Of a stretch of 64,000 bases of DNA, positions 1 to 10,442 are shown in pieces. The DNA is taken from contig NC_052171.1 in NCBI RefSeq assembly GCF_902713615.1, forward strand, positions 23,968,324 through 24,032,323. The letters run 5' to 3'. The first letter of the stretch is position 1. Each line of letters opens with the position of its first letter. This DNA comes from Scyliorhinus canicula (taxonomy: Eukaryota). The notes below the pieces were generated by a model. It saw only the letters and a program-made list of their open reading frames with translations, had not been told where the DNA came from and ran no database searches. The translations under genes and the position numbers were made by a program.

Positions 1-340
1 TCCCCCTCACCCCCACATCCCCCTCACCCCCACATCCCCCTCACCCCCACATCCCCCTCACCCCCACATCCCCCTCACCCCAATCCCACATCCCCCTCAC
101 CCCAATCCCACATCCCCCTCACCCCAATCCCACATCCCCCTCACCCCAATCCCACATCCCCCTCACCCCAATCCCACATCCCCCTCACCCCAATCCCACA
201 TCCCCCTCACCCCAATCCCACATCCGCCTCACCCCAATCCCACATCCCCCTCACCCCAATCCCACATCCCCCTCACCCCAACCCCACATCCCCCTCACCC
301 CCACATCCCCCTCACCCCCACATCCCCCTCACCCCAATCC
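1..340. repeat. C-rich minisatellite, 17-bp and 22-bp unit variants (TCCCCCTCACCCCCACA / TCCCCCTCACCCCAATCCCACA)
   Basis: Directly visible tandem units running off the left edge. The opposite strand has regular G4-5 runs. Confidence 0.95.
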
Positions 341-469
341 CGGGGTGGGGGAGTGTGGGGGTGCCTAAAAGGAACACAATGTCAATTGTAAATAATATCC
401 GCTTCAGTCATCTCCTGTACAGTGCAAACATGTAAACTTCACTAAAAATATTGTTTTAAAAGAAGATTA

Positions 470-860
470 TAAGAGCAGGGAGGTCATGTTGGGGCTGTAC
501 AGGACTTTGGTGAGGCCACAGCTGGAGTAGTGTGTTCAGTTCTGGTCACCGCACTATAGGGAGGAGGTGATTGCCTGGACGGGGTACAGAGGAGATTCAC
601 CAGGACGTTGCCTGGGATGGAGCGTGTCAGCTGTGAAGAGAGGCTGGAGCAGAGAAGGCCGGGAGGGGACCTGATTGAGGTGGATAAGATGATGAGGGAC
701 ATGGGAAGGGTGGATAGAAAGCAACTCTTCCCCTTCGTTGAAGGGTCAATAACAGGGGGGCATCATTTTGAGGTGAAAGGCAGGAGGTTTTGAGGGGTTT
801 TGAGGGGATGTTTGTTTTCACCCAGAGAGCAGTGGCAGTCTGCAACGCACTGGTGAAGCA
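470..860 (+). mobile_element. CR1-type LINE 3' fragment (RT C-terminus)
   Basis: Degenerate translation LVRPQLE..VQFWSP.Y....LE.VQRRFTR.LPG...GDLIEV.K.M, typical of the CR1 ORF2 end. Confidence 0.85.
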
Positions 861-1578
861 CTGGACGGAAACTGTGCACACCAGCTTCACATTTATGACA
901 GAATGCAATCTTGATCCAATGGCAAGGAAACAGTCCGATTGGAGGTTTTGTTCAGCTGCAGCCTCTGTCCAGGTGGCACATCTTCCTCACGTTCCTCTGT
1001 TTTGGAGGACATGCTCGCCAGGGCCCCGTCTGCTGATTATTTCTTGGGTTCCTAACAGGGCTTCACAGTAGCCAAAAGCAACCCAGGACATAAAGAATCC
1101 AACATAAAGATCGACTCCTGCTTACTCAGGTTTCACAGTGAGGACCAGGAGGTGGACTGGAATCTCAACAAATATATATCCCCTGAGAATAAACTAGCAA
1201 CAAAGTCTGCAAAGGAATATAGATAGTTTAACTGAGTGGGCAAGGGCCTGGCAATGGAGTACAATATTGGTAAATGTGAGGTAATCCAATTTGTTAGGAA
1301 TAACAGCAAAGTGGTAAAAAGTTGCAGCATGCTGCTGTGCAGAGGGACCTGGGTGTCCTTGTGCATGAATCAAAAAAGTTGGTTTGCAGATGCAGCAGGT
1401 AATTAAGAAGGCAAATGGAATTCTGTCCTTCATTGCTAGATGGATTAAGTTTAAAAACAGGGAGGTTATGTTGCTGGTGAGGCCACACCTGTGTACAGTT
1501 TTGGCCTCCTTCCTTCAGAAAGGATGTACTGGCACTGGAGGGGGTGCAGAGGAGATTCACTAGGTTGATTCTGGAGTT

Positions 1579-1818
1579 CAGTAAGAAGTCTTACAACACC
1601 AGGTTAAATTCCAACAGGTTTGTTTCAAACACGAGCTTTCGGCGCACTGCTCCTTCCTCAGGTGAATGGAGAGGTATCAACATACCTCTCCATTCACCTG
1701 AGGAAGGAGCTGCGCTCCGAAAGCTCGTGTTTGAAACAAACCTGTTGGACATTAACCTGGTGTTGTAAGACTTCTTACCGTACTCACCCCAGTCCAACGC
1801 CGGCATATCCACATCATC
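1579..1818. mobile_element. Penelope-like terminal-repeat insertion forming a palindrome with 97-bp arms, carrying a hammerhead-type motif
   Basis: Arms 1581-1677 and 1682-1778 with a 4-nt loop. 12-bp target-site duplication GATTCTGGAGTT at 1567-1578 and 1819-1830. CTGAGGA-A-GGAGC-tgc-GCTCC-GAAA at 1698-1722. Confidence 0.75.
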
Positions 1819-1848
1819 GATTCTGGAGTTGAGAGGATTGGCGTACTT

Positions 1849-2110
1849 TGTGAGGGCCACGAAGAATCTAGCACAAGTTGAAGGATAGAAAGAAATAACA
1901 TTTATTTACAATAACATATTTATCAATAGCAGTAGCAGCAACTCCCTTGCTGCTCACTCCTCTTTAGCTGGTTCCAAACTGGCCAGCTTTATTTATGCAG
2001 GGGATCTGCTAATGATTTCTCCGCCCCCCTCAATGGGGAACCTCATACTCCCAAAGGATTGTGGGATTACCATTAGTCCCCAACTAGCGGTAAGCAGGCA
2101 GGTTATAACA
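1849..2110 (-). mobile_element. Short solo-LTR-like insertion
   Basis: TG...CA termini. AATAAA motifs on the minus strand. Interrupts a CR1 fragment. No clean TSD found. Confidence 0.5.
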
Positions 2111-2746
2111 GCATCTGAGAAGAGACTGAGTAGACTGGGACTATACTCATTGGAAGAATGAGGCAGATCTTACAGAAACATAAAATTACGAAGGAAATAA
2201 ATTGGATAGAAGCAGGGAGGTTGTTTCCATTGGCGGGTGAAACAAGAACTATGTGGCATCGCCTCAAAATAGTGGGGAGCAGATTTAGGACTGAGTTGAG
2301 GAGGAACTTTTTCAGCCAAAGGATTGTGAACCTGTGGAATTCCTGCCCAGTGAAGCAATTGAGGCTACCTCGTCAAGGCAAAGATAGATAGATTTTTGAA
2401 CAGTAAAGGAATTAAGGGTTAGGGCGGGAAAGTGGAGCTGAGCCCACAATAAGATCACCTTAGTGAATGGCGGAGCAGGCTCGAGGGGCCAAATGGCCTA
2501 CTCCTGCTCCAAGTTCTCATGTTCTTATAAAAAAAATGGATTGGTAGGACTCCGAGGAAGGGGTGTTGCTTTTGAAAATATAAATGCACAACATTCACTG
2601 GTTCACTCTTTACAAACCCTGCAAATTACATCTTCAAAATCTTCAATAGATTTGTCAGACAATTTCCCTTTATACCATAAGCCACCAAATCAGCTGGAAC
2701 TACTAACCTACTCCCTAAGGCTGTGGAGTGTCGGCAGAAATGCATT

Positions 2747-3063
2747 GAACATAGAACATAGAACAGTACAGGCCCTTCGGCCCTCGATGTTGTGCCGAGC
2801 AATGATCACCCTACTTAAACCCACGTAACCCGTATCCCAACAATCCCCCCATTAACCTTACACTACGGGCAATTTAGCATGGCCAATCCACCTAACCCGC
2901 ACATCTTTGGACTGTGGGAGGAAACCGGAGCACCCGGAGGAAACCCACGGACACACGGGGAGGACGTGCAGACTCCACACAGACAGTGACCCAGCCGGGA
3001 ATCGAACCTGGGACCCTGGAGCTGTGAAGCATTGATGCTAACCACCATGCTACCGTGAGGCCC
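2747..3063 (-). mobile_element. tRNA-derived V-SINE (HE1-like)
   Basis: tRNA-like A/B-box head (GGTTCGATTCCC), V-domain GGGTTTCCTCCGGGTGCTCCGGTTTCCTCCCACAGTCC, CR1-like tail ending in (TTCTATG)n. Confidence 0.9.
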
Positions 3064-3599
3064 CTAATTGATTTTGATCTTTCAGAATTTGTGAGATTCA
3101 AAAGCTTCCACGTGAATTATAAGTTAACAAACATAACACCGATATTCCAGAAATGAGAGAGAGAGAAAATGGGTTACTATAGTCTAATATCAATAATGGA
3201 CAAATGCTGGAATCTATCATTAGAGATGCAACAACATGAGTTTATTTTCTCTTTTATTTTGGACTGAGTTTTGACCCTCCCCTCCCAAGATTTACTGCTC
3301 TCTTTAGAAGCTCAGTTAGGGATATATTAATACAGCTAGTGAAATTTGACCACAAAGGACATTGCCCCCCAACCTGATCAGATTCTCAGGCAAAAGCCCA
3401 TAGGTTTATCCATTCTAACCAGTTACTGGATAGTCACCAAGGGGGGAGGGTCTCGAGTCATTGATCTGCTTCTGCCCCCAGGATATTGGAATCTGTCATT
3501 CGCCTCCCACACGAGCTATGGTTCTACTCATCTCGTGTTTGAAGCATGTGCACTTAAACGTAGATGTCTCTAGTGAAACCTTTCATTCCTGTTACTCAC

Positions 3600-3719
3600 A
3601 AGCACTCTGCCAGTCAGTGACTGAGCTGATATCATTCGCTGCGCCCATTCCTGCACTGCGAAATTCAGACTGACATCCTTTACTTTCGAAGTTTGCCTGG
3701 CATTCAGTTCTTCAATCTC
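3600..3719 (-). CDS. Slo-family (KCNMA1/KCNU1-like) K+ channel alpha subunit, coding exon 3 (end of S0-S1 linker, start of S1)
   Basis: ttccag|GAG...CTT|gtgagt, 120 nt, phase 0/0. EIEELNARQTSKVKDVSLNFAVQEWAQRMISAQSLTGRVL matches Slo1 [20 protein letters not shown]. As recalled, KCNMA1 also has an intron after GRVL. Confidence 0.88.
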
Positions 3720-4056
3720 CTGGAACACATTGAGGGTCAACAAGTTCGGCAAAGTGATCATCAATCTAAATTGTTCTTGTTTTCGTCAGACTGCGCTTTA
3801 TTGGGAGAGTTGCCTTGGTTTGCGAGGTTACTGTGCTGAGGGCTCCACCAATCCCCACAGACGAACATCTCGGGCTGATTCTCCCTTTGGGGGACTAAGT
3901 CCCCACACCGGCATGAAAACGGTGGTCTTTTACGGCAGGAAAACTGGCGGAAAACGGCCACTCTGCTCCTGGGGGTGGGGGATTGGAACCAGGCACCGTA
4001 GAGCTACCGGCTCTAGCTGCCGATACAGCCCAGAGCATTGCTCTGTGTACTCTGCT

Positions 4057-4305
4057 TTCATTGTCTGTGCGGAGTCTGCACGTTCTCCCCGTGTCTGCGT
4101 GGGTCTCCTCCGGGTGCTCCGGTTTCCTCCCACAGTCCAAAGACGTGCATGTTAGGTGGGTTGGCCGTGATAAATTGCCCTTATTGACCAAAAAGGTCAG
4201 GAGGGGTTATTAAATTACGGGAATAGGGTGGAAGTGAGGGCTTAAGTGGGTCGGTGCGGACTTGATGGGCCGAATGGCCTCCTTCTGCACTGTATGTTCT
4301 ATGTA
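4057..4305 (+). mobile_element. 5'-truncated V-SINE nested in a GC-rich Harbinger-type MITE remnant (~3870-4470)
   Basis: V-domain and tail present. Flanks resemble the MITE family at 14881, 16140 and 40567. Confidence 0.75.
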
Positions 4306-4629
4306 TTGCCTCGTCCGTGGCCTGCAGCGGCTGCACCCTGCTTCATGGCGAACCGCAAAAATAGTCCCCCCTTCGGTCGGCTCGCACGCCCCAGGCCGCC
4401 CCCCCCCCGCACAGTGCCCCCAGCCCCAAATAAAGCCCCCCCTGCCGGCGGATTAGCCCTCCCCTGACTGTGGCTAAATTTCCCCTTAATTGGAAAAAAA
4501 AAGAATCTAGATTTTCAACCAAAAAATAATTTTTTTAAAACTTATTGGGATTTCGAAGTATCCCAATAAGGGGGAGCTGGGGTTGTCAATTCTAGTTGGC
4601 AGTATTCGTGGAGTTAACTGTTTCCAAAA

Positions 4630-5175
4630 AAGGCCGCACTCAGAATATTGCAATTCTGGTCACCACACTACCACAACGATGTGGATGCTTTGGAGAGGGT
4701 GCAGTGGAAGTTTACCAGGCCTCCTGGTCTGGAGGGTGTTAGCTATGTGGAGAGGCTGAATGGACTCGGACTGTTTTCATTAGAAAGGCGGGGGTTGTGG
4801 GTGCGACCTGATAGAGGTCTACAAGATTATGAGGGGCATGGATAGAGTGGATGGGCAGGCACTCTTTCCCAGGGTGGAGGGGTCAGTCACCAGGGGGCAT
4901 AGTTTAAGGTCCGTGGGGCAAAGTTTAGAGGAGATGTGCGAGGCAGGTTTTTTACGCAGAGGGTGGTGAGTGACTGGAACGTGTTGCCAGGGGAGGCTGT
5001 GGAAGCAGATACATTAACGGCGTTCAAAAGGCATCTCGACAAACACATGGATAGGATGGGTATGGGGGGATACGGCACATGGAAGGGCTGAGGGTTTCGG
5101 CCAAGAGTGGTATCATGACCAGTACAGGTTTAGAGGGCCGAAGGGCCTGTTTCTGTGCTGTATTGTTCTTTGTTC
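4630..5175 (+). mobile_element. CR1-type LINE 3' end (HER1-like)
   Basis: QFWSPHY..DVDALERVQ motif. The 3' tail GAGGGCCGAAGGGCCTGTT..TGTGCTGTA is shared with the SINEs. Confidence 0.85.
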
Positions 5176-5318
5176 TGAAATACAATTGATCTTTTTAGAA
5201 TTATGCAACATTTCTTACAAAACAGCAGGGATATGCTGGGTTTGTGAAAGTTGCTCAATAAACCCAAATTCTTTCTTTGTTGCCTCTAAGCGCAGCAGCT
5301 TGATGTGATGGGAGATAC

Positions 5319-5432
5319 CTCGTCTGACAAGCCTTTTCTCAATTGGTCCAGGACAACATGGCTGATCTTGTGCCTTCCACTGATGGTGATTTCATGAGTC
5401 TGTAACATGCTTTTCTTCCTCATGTTCATCCA
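5319..5432 (-). CDS. Slo-family channel, candidate coding exon 2 (S0-S1 linker)
   Basis: Polypyrimidine tract + gaacag|TGG...GAG|gtatct. 114 nt, open, phase 0/0, joining exons 1 and 3 in frame (WMNMRKKSMLQTHEITISGRHKISHVVLDQLRKGLSDE). No recognisable homology and a weakish donor. Confidence 0.6.
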
Positions 5433-5632
5433 CTGTTCAAAGGCAAAGAAAGGGAGAAATTAATGCAAGGTACAGTCAGCTGGCTTGGAGAGTTAACTGA
5501 GGATATAGTCATCAGAAAACAGTCATTGAGCTCCTGCCACGGAAGGCCAGGAAATTCATTTAAATATAGGATAATATCATTAAGCAAGCCCTCCTGCTGG
5601 GACTTCCCTTCCGCCCCTCCCTCACTAAGTAG

Positions 5633-6950
5633 TCATGGGTCACGCTGGCACGATTTACTGCAGCTGTATAAAAACGAGAACTTGCCAACCTTGCCTCCGA
5701 AGCCGATATCTGAGGTGAGCTCACAGGTCACCATTACCCTCCAGGGTGTCAGTGGCAGAGGGAGCCACAGAGAGGACGAGGGGGATCCAGATAGGTTCAA
5801 CCTGCTGCCAGGGGGGAGGTTCAGTATTGGCATCTCGGGGCTGGGATCGCTCAAGCCTTCGAAGCCCCTCATTCTCCTGAACTCCAGCGAGTGTGGCCCT
5901 AACCGCCTCAGTCTCTCAAGTCTGGGCCTTGCCCACATGGCGGATCTGCCCAAGGTGCAGAGTGTCATCGACTGCTGCATCCACAGGCTTCTGCCTTCCC
6001 CTCCTGGGTGGAAGGCTCTGTACTGAGCTCGTGCCAATCCCGTGGGCCCCTGGGCTCCACCATGCGACAGAGGGGCAGCTGGACTGAGAACCGGACGCAC
6101 CACCGTCCTCTGGCACTGACACGTGTGGATTCCCACTCGTGCTTGCACCATGTGGCAGCACGGTAGCATGGTGGTTAGCATAAATGCTTCACAGCTCCAG
6201 GGTCCCAGGTTCGATTCCCGGCTGGGTCACTGTCTGTGTGGAGTCTGCACGTCCTCCCCGTGTCTGCGTGGGTTTCCTCCGGGTGCTCCGGTTTCCTCCC
6301 ACAGTCCAAAGATGTGCGGGTTAGGTGGATTGGCCATGCTAAATTGCCCGTAGTGTCCTAAAAAGTAAGGTTAAGGGGGGGGGGGGGGTTGTTGAGTTAC
6401 GGGTATGGGGTGGATACGTGGGTTTGAGTAGGGTGATCATGGCTCGGCACAACATTGAGGGCCGAAGGGCCTGTTCTGTGCTGTACTGTTCTATCTCTAT
6501 CTATGTGGTTGAAGCCCTGCACCATGGAGCTCATGTCCTCAGCCATGGACCACGTAGCGGACGGACATCCCCTGCCGTGGAGTGCACATCCTGCTCCAAG
6601 ACCTCCACCGTGGATGCCACCCTCACAATGTTGTCCTTGTGCTAGACTGACGGCACCATCTCTTTGGAACAGAAGTTGATCGAGCTTCTCCAGTCACCCA
6701 GCAATCCGAGGAGGGATGCAGTCAACCCTTCCTGATGCTCACGACTCTGCCTTTCCAGCTCCAGCAGCTCTGGATTGACCACATCCAAGGGCATGTCATC
6801 GGCCTGGGGCTCAGGAGAGTCCTGGGCTCCAGCATCCCTCTGAAGGCCGAATTCCTGGGACGTCCCTGCCTCCGCAGGATCGCCAGCTGCGAGCCTGCCA
6901 CCGAGGTGTGAGTATATGCACCTTTCACAGGATCCATGTTTCTCGGCCTC
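5633..6950 (-). mobile_element. Degenerate PIF/Harbinger-associated Myb/SANT-like ORF remnant, interrupted by a V-SINE
   Basis: Translation fragments (ELLELERQSREHQEG...) resemble the remnant at 13700-14820. Confidence 0.45.
6154..6505 (+). mobile_element. V-SINE (HE1-like), full length
   Basis: tRNA head, V-domain, poly-G linker, CR1-like tail. Confidence 0.9.
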
Positions 6951-6954
6951 GTAG

Positions 6955-7571
6955 ACTCTTAAGTGGTTGGACTTGCACCAGATGCCCACCACCACCTCGA
7001 GAGTCACTGTGGAGTAATTTCCCACTCATTTTGTACCTACGGGATACCAGAGATATTAGTCACGGATAACGGGACCCCGTTCACGAATGAGGATGTCCCG
7101 TACCACCCGTCCTCAATTAGTTTGGCAGAGCGAGCGGTTCAAATATTTAAATGAGGCACGGGGAAACAGACCACGGGCTCCCTGGATGCAAGACTGGCGG
7201 GGTTTCTGTTCCATTACCCATGCCTCATGACACATTGACCGGAATCTCCAAACTCTCCTGAGCCTGACATTCCCGGGTTTTGCGGAAAGCTAGAATCAAA
7301 ACGGGACAGTCAGAAGAAATATCACGACACCGGACACCTATATATGTCCAGAAATTCACCTATTGGCTCACTGGGAGAAATGGGGCCCATATCGTACAAG
7401 GACAGAACCCAAGGAAGGACCGTGCAGAAACATGTGCACCACCTCAATGTAAATATCTTAGAGTTTCTGTACGTAGTCCTGGAAATATGCTCACATGTGC
7501 CACACATAGTTAGGAACATTCACATACTACATTATTTCTTGGTACAAACACATTTTTTTTTAAAGGGGGTA
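6955..7571 (+). mobile_element. Ty3/Gypsy integrase remnant with polypurine tract
   Basis: GIPEILVTDNGTPFT...PYHPSS..LAERAVQIFK is an rve integrase core. PPT TTTTAAAGGGGG at ~7557-7570. The LTR-like TGTAATAACC resumes at 7985 after a nested solo LTR. Confidence 0.8.
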
Positions 7572-7975
7572 TGTCATAATATACACATCAGTGTATAATG
7601 GTGCAGGGACACACACTGACTGACACACTGCAAGACCAATCAGCACACACAACACAGCAGCCAAGCACCAGTTAGGGCACGCTCACTATAAAGCCAGAGG
7701 GCACTAGTTTTCCCGCTCACTCGGGATGCAGCCTCTGAGACAGACAGAGCCCACAGTCAGTAGCACAAACATCTACCATGTGCTGGCAGTATAGGCTGGT
7801 CAGGTTAGGCAAAAGTCTTCAGTCAACCTAACATAGTGTCAACCCACAGTGCATGTATGTTTAACAGCTCTTAGTTAAATAAAATAGAGTTGTACTATTA
7901 CAAGTGTTGGTAGCCTGTCTATGTTACTGCTAAGGTAGACGCAGTCTCCACAGATCCAGAGTACCCAACACATCA
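7572..7975 (+). mobile_element. Solo LTR inserted in the PPT of a Gypsy remnant
   Basis: TG...CA ends. TATAAA at ~7687, AATAAA at ~7878. Flanks GGGTA / GGGGA form a near-perfect 5-bp TSD. Confidence 0.75.
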
Positions 7976-8206
7976 GGGGAGGGGTGTAATAACCCTCACG
8001 AGGCCCACGGGATCGATCTGCCTGTGGAACTGGTGAAGTATGAGATTCCCCGCCAGCAGACCCGCCCAGTTGAAGCTCCTAATTAACCTGTATACAAGCC
8101 GGCCTGGACAGGGACAGGGATGTTAGCAGTTCCGACTGGAACCAATACTGTGTTTATATGCCGCCGTCGACAACACGGCCTCCAGAATCTTTATAGTAGA
8201 ATCTTT

Positions 8207-8535
8207 GGGCCTCACGGTAGCATAGTGGTTAGCATCAATGCTTCACAGCTCCAGGGTCCCAGGTTCGATTCCCGGCTGGGTCTCTGTCTGTGTGGAGTCT
8301 GCACGTCCTCCCCGTGTGTGCGTGGGTTTCCTCCGGGTGCTCCGGTTTCCTCCCACAGTCCAAAGATGTGCAGGTTAGGTGGATTGGCCATGCTAAATTG
8401 CCCGTAGTGTAAGGTTAATTGGGGGATTGTTGGGTTACGGGTATACGGGTTACGTGGGTTTAAGTAGGGTGATCATTGCTCGGCACAACATCGAGGGCCG
8501 AAGGGCCTGTTCTGTGCTGTATTATTGTTCTATAT
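8207..8535 (+). mobile_element. V-SINE (HE1-like)
   Basis: Near-identical to the copies at 2747 and 11941. Confidence 0.9.
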
Positions 8536-8636
8536 CTAGTCTCCACTGGTACACTTGTGTAAGCTAAACAAGGTGATATAAATTCAGAACTTTGCTTTTC
8601 CTTCATTCAGCAAACACCACATAATTCACACTTTAC

Positions 8637-8876
8637 CAAAGTCCTTTCGCCCTGATATATTTGAAGCAGAACCATCCATGAGTAGCGCAGGCCTCGATAT
8701 AACAGAATGAAGAGCATGCCTCCGAGGAATACTGTAAAGGAGGACCCTATAGCGCCCCACCACATGTCCTGGCTCATGATCCGACAGTTACGACTTGGCT
8801 TCCTGATGTCATTTCTGCTATCACCGAAAACCAGGTTGCTGATCAGATCAGTATTGTTGTTTCTGTGACTTGACAT
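8637..8876 (-). CDS. Slo-family (KCNMA1/KCNU1-like) K+ channel alpha subunit, first coding exon (N-terminus + S0 helix)
   Basis: First in-frame ATG at 8876 (in-frame TGA upstream at 8939-8937), donor TTG|gtaaag, 80 codons. QDMWWGAIGSSFTVFLGGMLFILLYRGLRYSW aligns with Slo1 S0 [32 protein letters not shown]. Likely acceptor for the exon (tgtcag|) at 8995. Confidence 0.88.
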
Positions 8877-9099
8877 GACAGTATCACCTTCCCTATCTAA
8901 ATTCACACTGTCGTACTGCCCTGACTCAGCCACTCCTCAGACCAATTGATGTTATCAATGATCCCCATTGTGAGTCACTCTTAGAATCATGGAATCTGAC
9001 AGCACAGATAAAGAAACCATTTGACCCGGGCCCTGTCTGTGCCTGCTCCTTGGTGCAGCACCCAACATTTTCCCAAGAACTCTGTCAACTCAAATACAA

Positions 9100-9432
9100 G
9101 CACACTGGTTAGCACAGTTGCTTCACAGCTCCAGGGTCCCAGGTTCGATTCCCGGGTTGGGTCACTGCCTGTGCGGAGTCCCACGTCCTCCCCGTGTCTG
9201 CGTGGGTTTCCTCCGGGTGCTCCGGTTTCCTCCCACAGTCCAAAGATGTGCAGGTCAGGTGGATTGGCCATGATAAGTTGCCCCTTAGTGACCAAACAGG
9301 TGAGTTGGGGTTACTGGGTTACGGAGATCGGGTGGAGGCGTGAGCTTAAGTAGGGTGCTCTTTCCAAGGGCCGGTGCAGACTCGAGGGGCCGAATGGCCT
9401 CTTTGTGCAGTGTAAATTCTATGATATCTATG
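9100..9432 (+). mobile_element. V-SINE (HE1-like)
   Basis: tRNA head, V-domain, tail. Confidence 0.85.
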
Positions 9433-9833
9433 AAGTCCACATGTCTTTCAGATGGTCCCCCCTGGTCTGACCAACTCTCTGTGTGAATTTGTTTTCCTTA
9501 TTTCTCCTCTTGTTCTTTTGAAACCCACGAGCTGTGGTGACAGACGTGGATGTGCACGTACAGCCCTTTCTGTCCCTACACCCTCCTCAACATGGTCTAT
9601 GTGTATCATGTCATACTGGCACAGCCAGTTTCAAGGTCACTGAATTGTTACTGTGCAGAAGGAGTCCATTCAGCCCATCGTTTCTGCGCCTGCTCTCCAA
9701 ATGAGCATTGTGGCTTTGTCCCATTTCCCTGCCTTTTCCCTGTAACCGTTGCATATTTGTTTCTACTCAAATTAATCACCTGTTAAATGCCTCGATTAAA
9801 CCTAACTCCATTACACAGAAATATCAGGCAGAG

Positions 9834-9864
<31 letters not shown>

Positions 9865-10442
9865 CAGCTTCTTCTTTCAGGGTCTAGAAGCTTCTGCCTT
9901 CAGACAGCAGGCAACAGGGCAGAGAGAGAGAGCTGCTTACACCTTGAGGGTCCTGGGGCTTCACATTTCCTCTGCTCAACTTCAAGGTATGCCTGCATTA
10001 ACTATCCATGGACCAAAATTGATACAAACAAAATAAAAGAAATAAGAAAAGGGGATAGACAGGAAGGACCCGTACACTATTCCTATGTTCCAGTCTTGGC
10101 AATGTAGAGTCACGCTGAGAAGTGTGGCCGACACACAGCAGACACAGTCACAGATACAGTGACAGCACATGCTCATAGATACCGTCCACTCACCAGACGC
10201 AGATGAATTTAACCCCTTGACTTCAGACATCCAATAAACTTAGAGACACACTCAAACAGCACACTCTTCATCTGATACACTCAATCTAATTCAATGATTT
10301 TAGTAAAGGAAAATATCAATAGTGGAATTGGAGTATAAATTGTATAATGTGATCAGTCAAACACTATCCGAATCAGGCAGGGTGAGTTACACAATATTCC
10401 TGCTCCAAGGTGACTCGTCAGTATTCATGTGGCATTCTAAAT

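Larger units (their letters stand above)
1195..2525 (+). mobile_element. CR1-type LINE fragment interrupted by two nested insertions (1579-1818 and ~1849-2110)
   Basis: CR1 ORF2 motifs (QRDLGVLVH, VQRRFTRLI, FRTELRRNFFSQR) continue on both sides of the insertions. CR1 3' tail near 2480-2525. Confidence 0.8.

Noticed and set aside
1-340. Telomeric repeat
   Set aside because: The unit is not (CCCTAA)n.
1126-1206. Next (S1) exon of the Slo-like gene
   Set aside because: Acceptor- and donor-like sites exist, but no frame resembles S1/S2 and the acceptor is part of a CR1 fragment. The next exon is probably outside the window.
2863-3048. Recurrent small ORF family MVVSINASQLQGPRFDSRLG...
   Set aside because: Chance translation of the V-SINE consensus, repeated wherever the SINE occurs.
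6154-6230. tRNA genes (A/B boxes, many copies)
   Set aside because: They are SINE heads followed by the V-domain and a LINE-derived tail, not complete cloverleaf tRNAs.
8877-8933. GTG start used by the ORF track for the Slo-like exon
   Set aside because: Eukaryotic gene, so the first in-frame ATG (8876) is preferred. The GTG is kept only as a possible non-canonical start.
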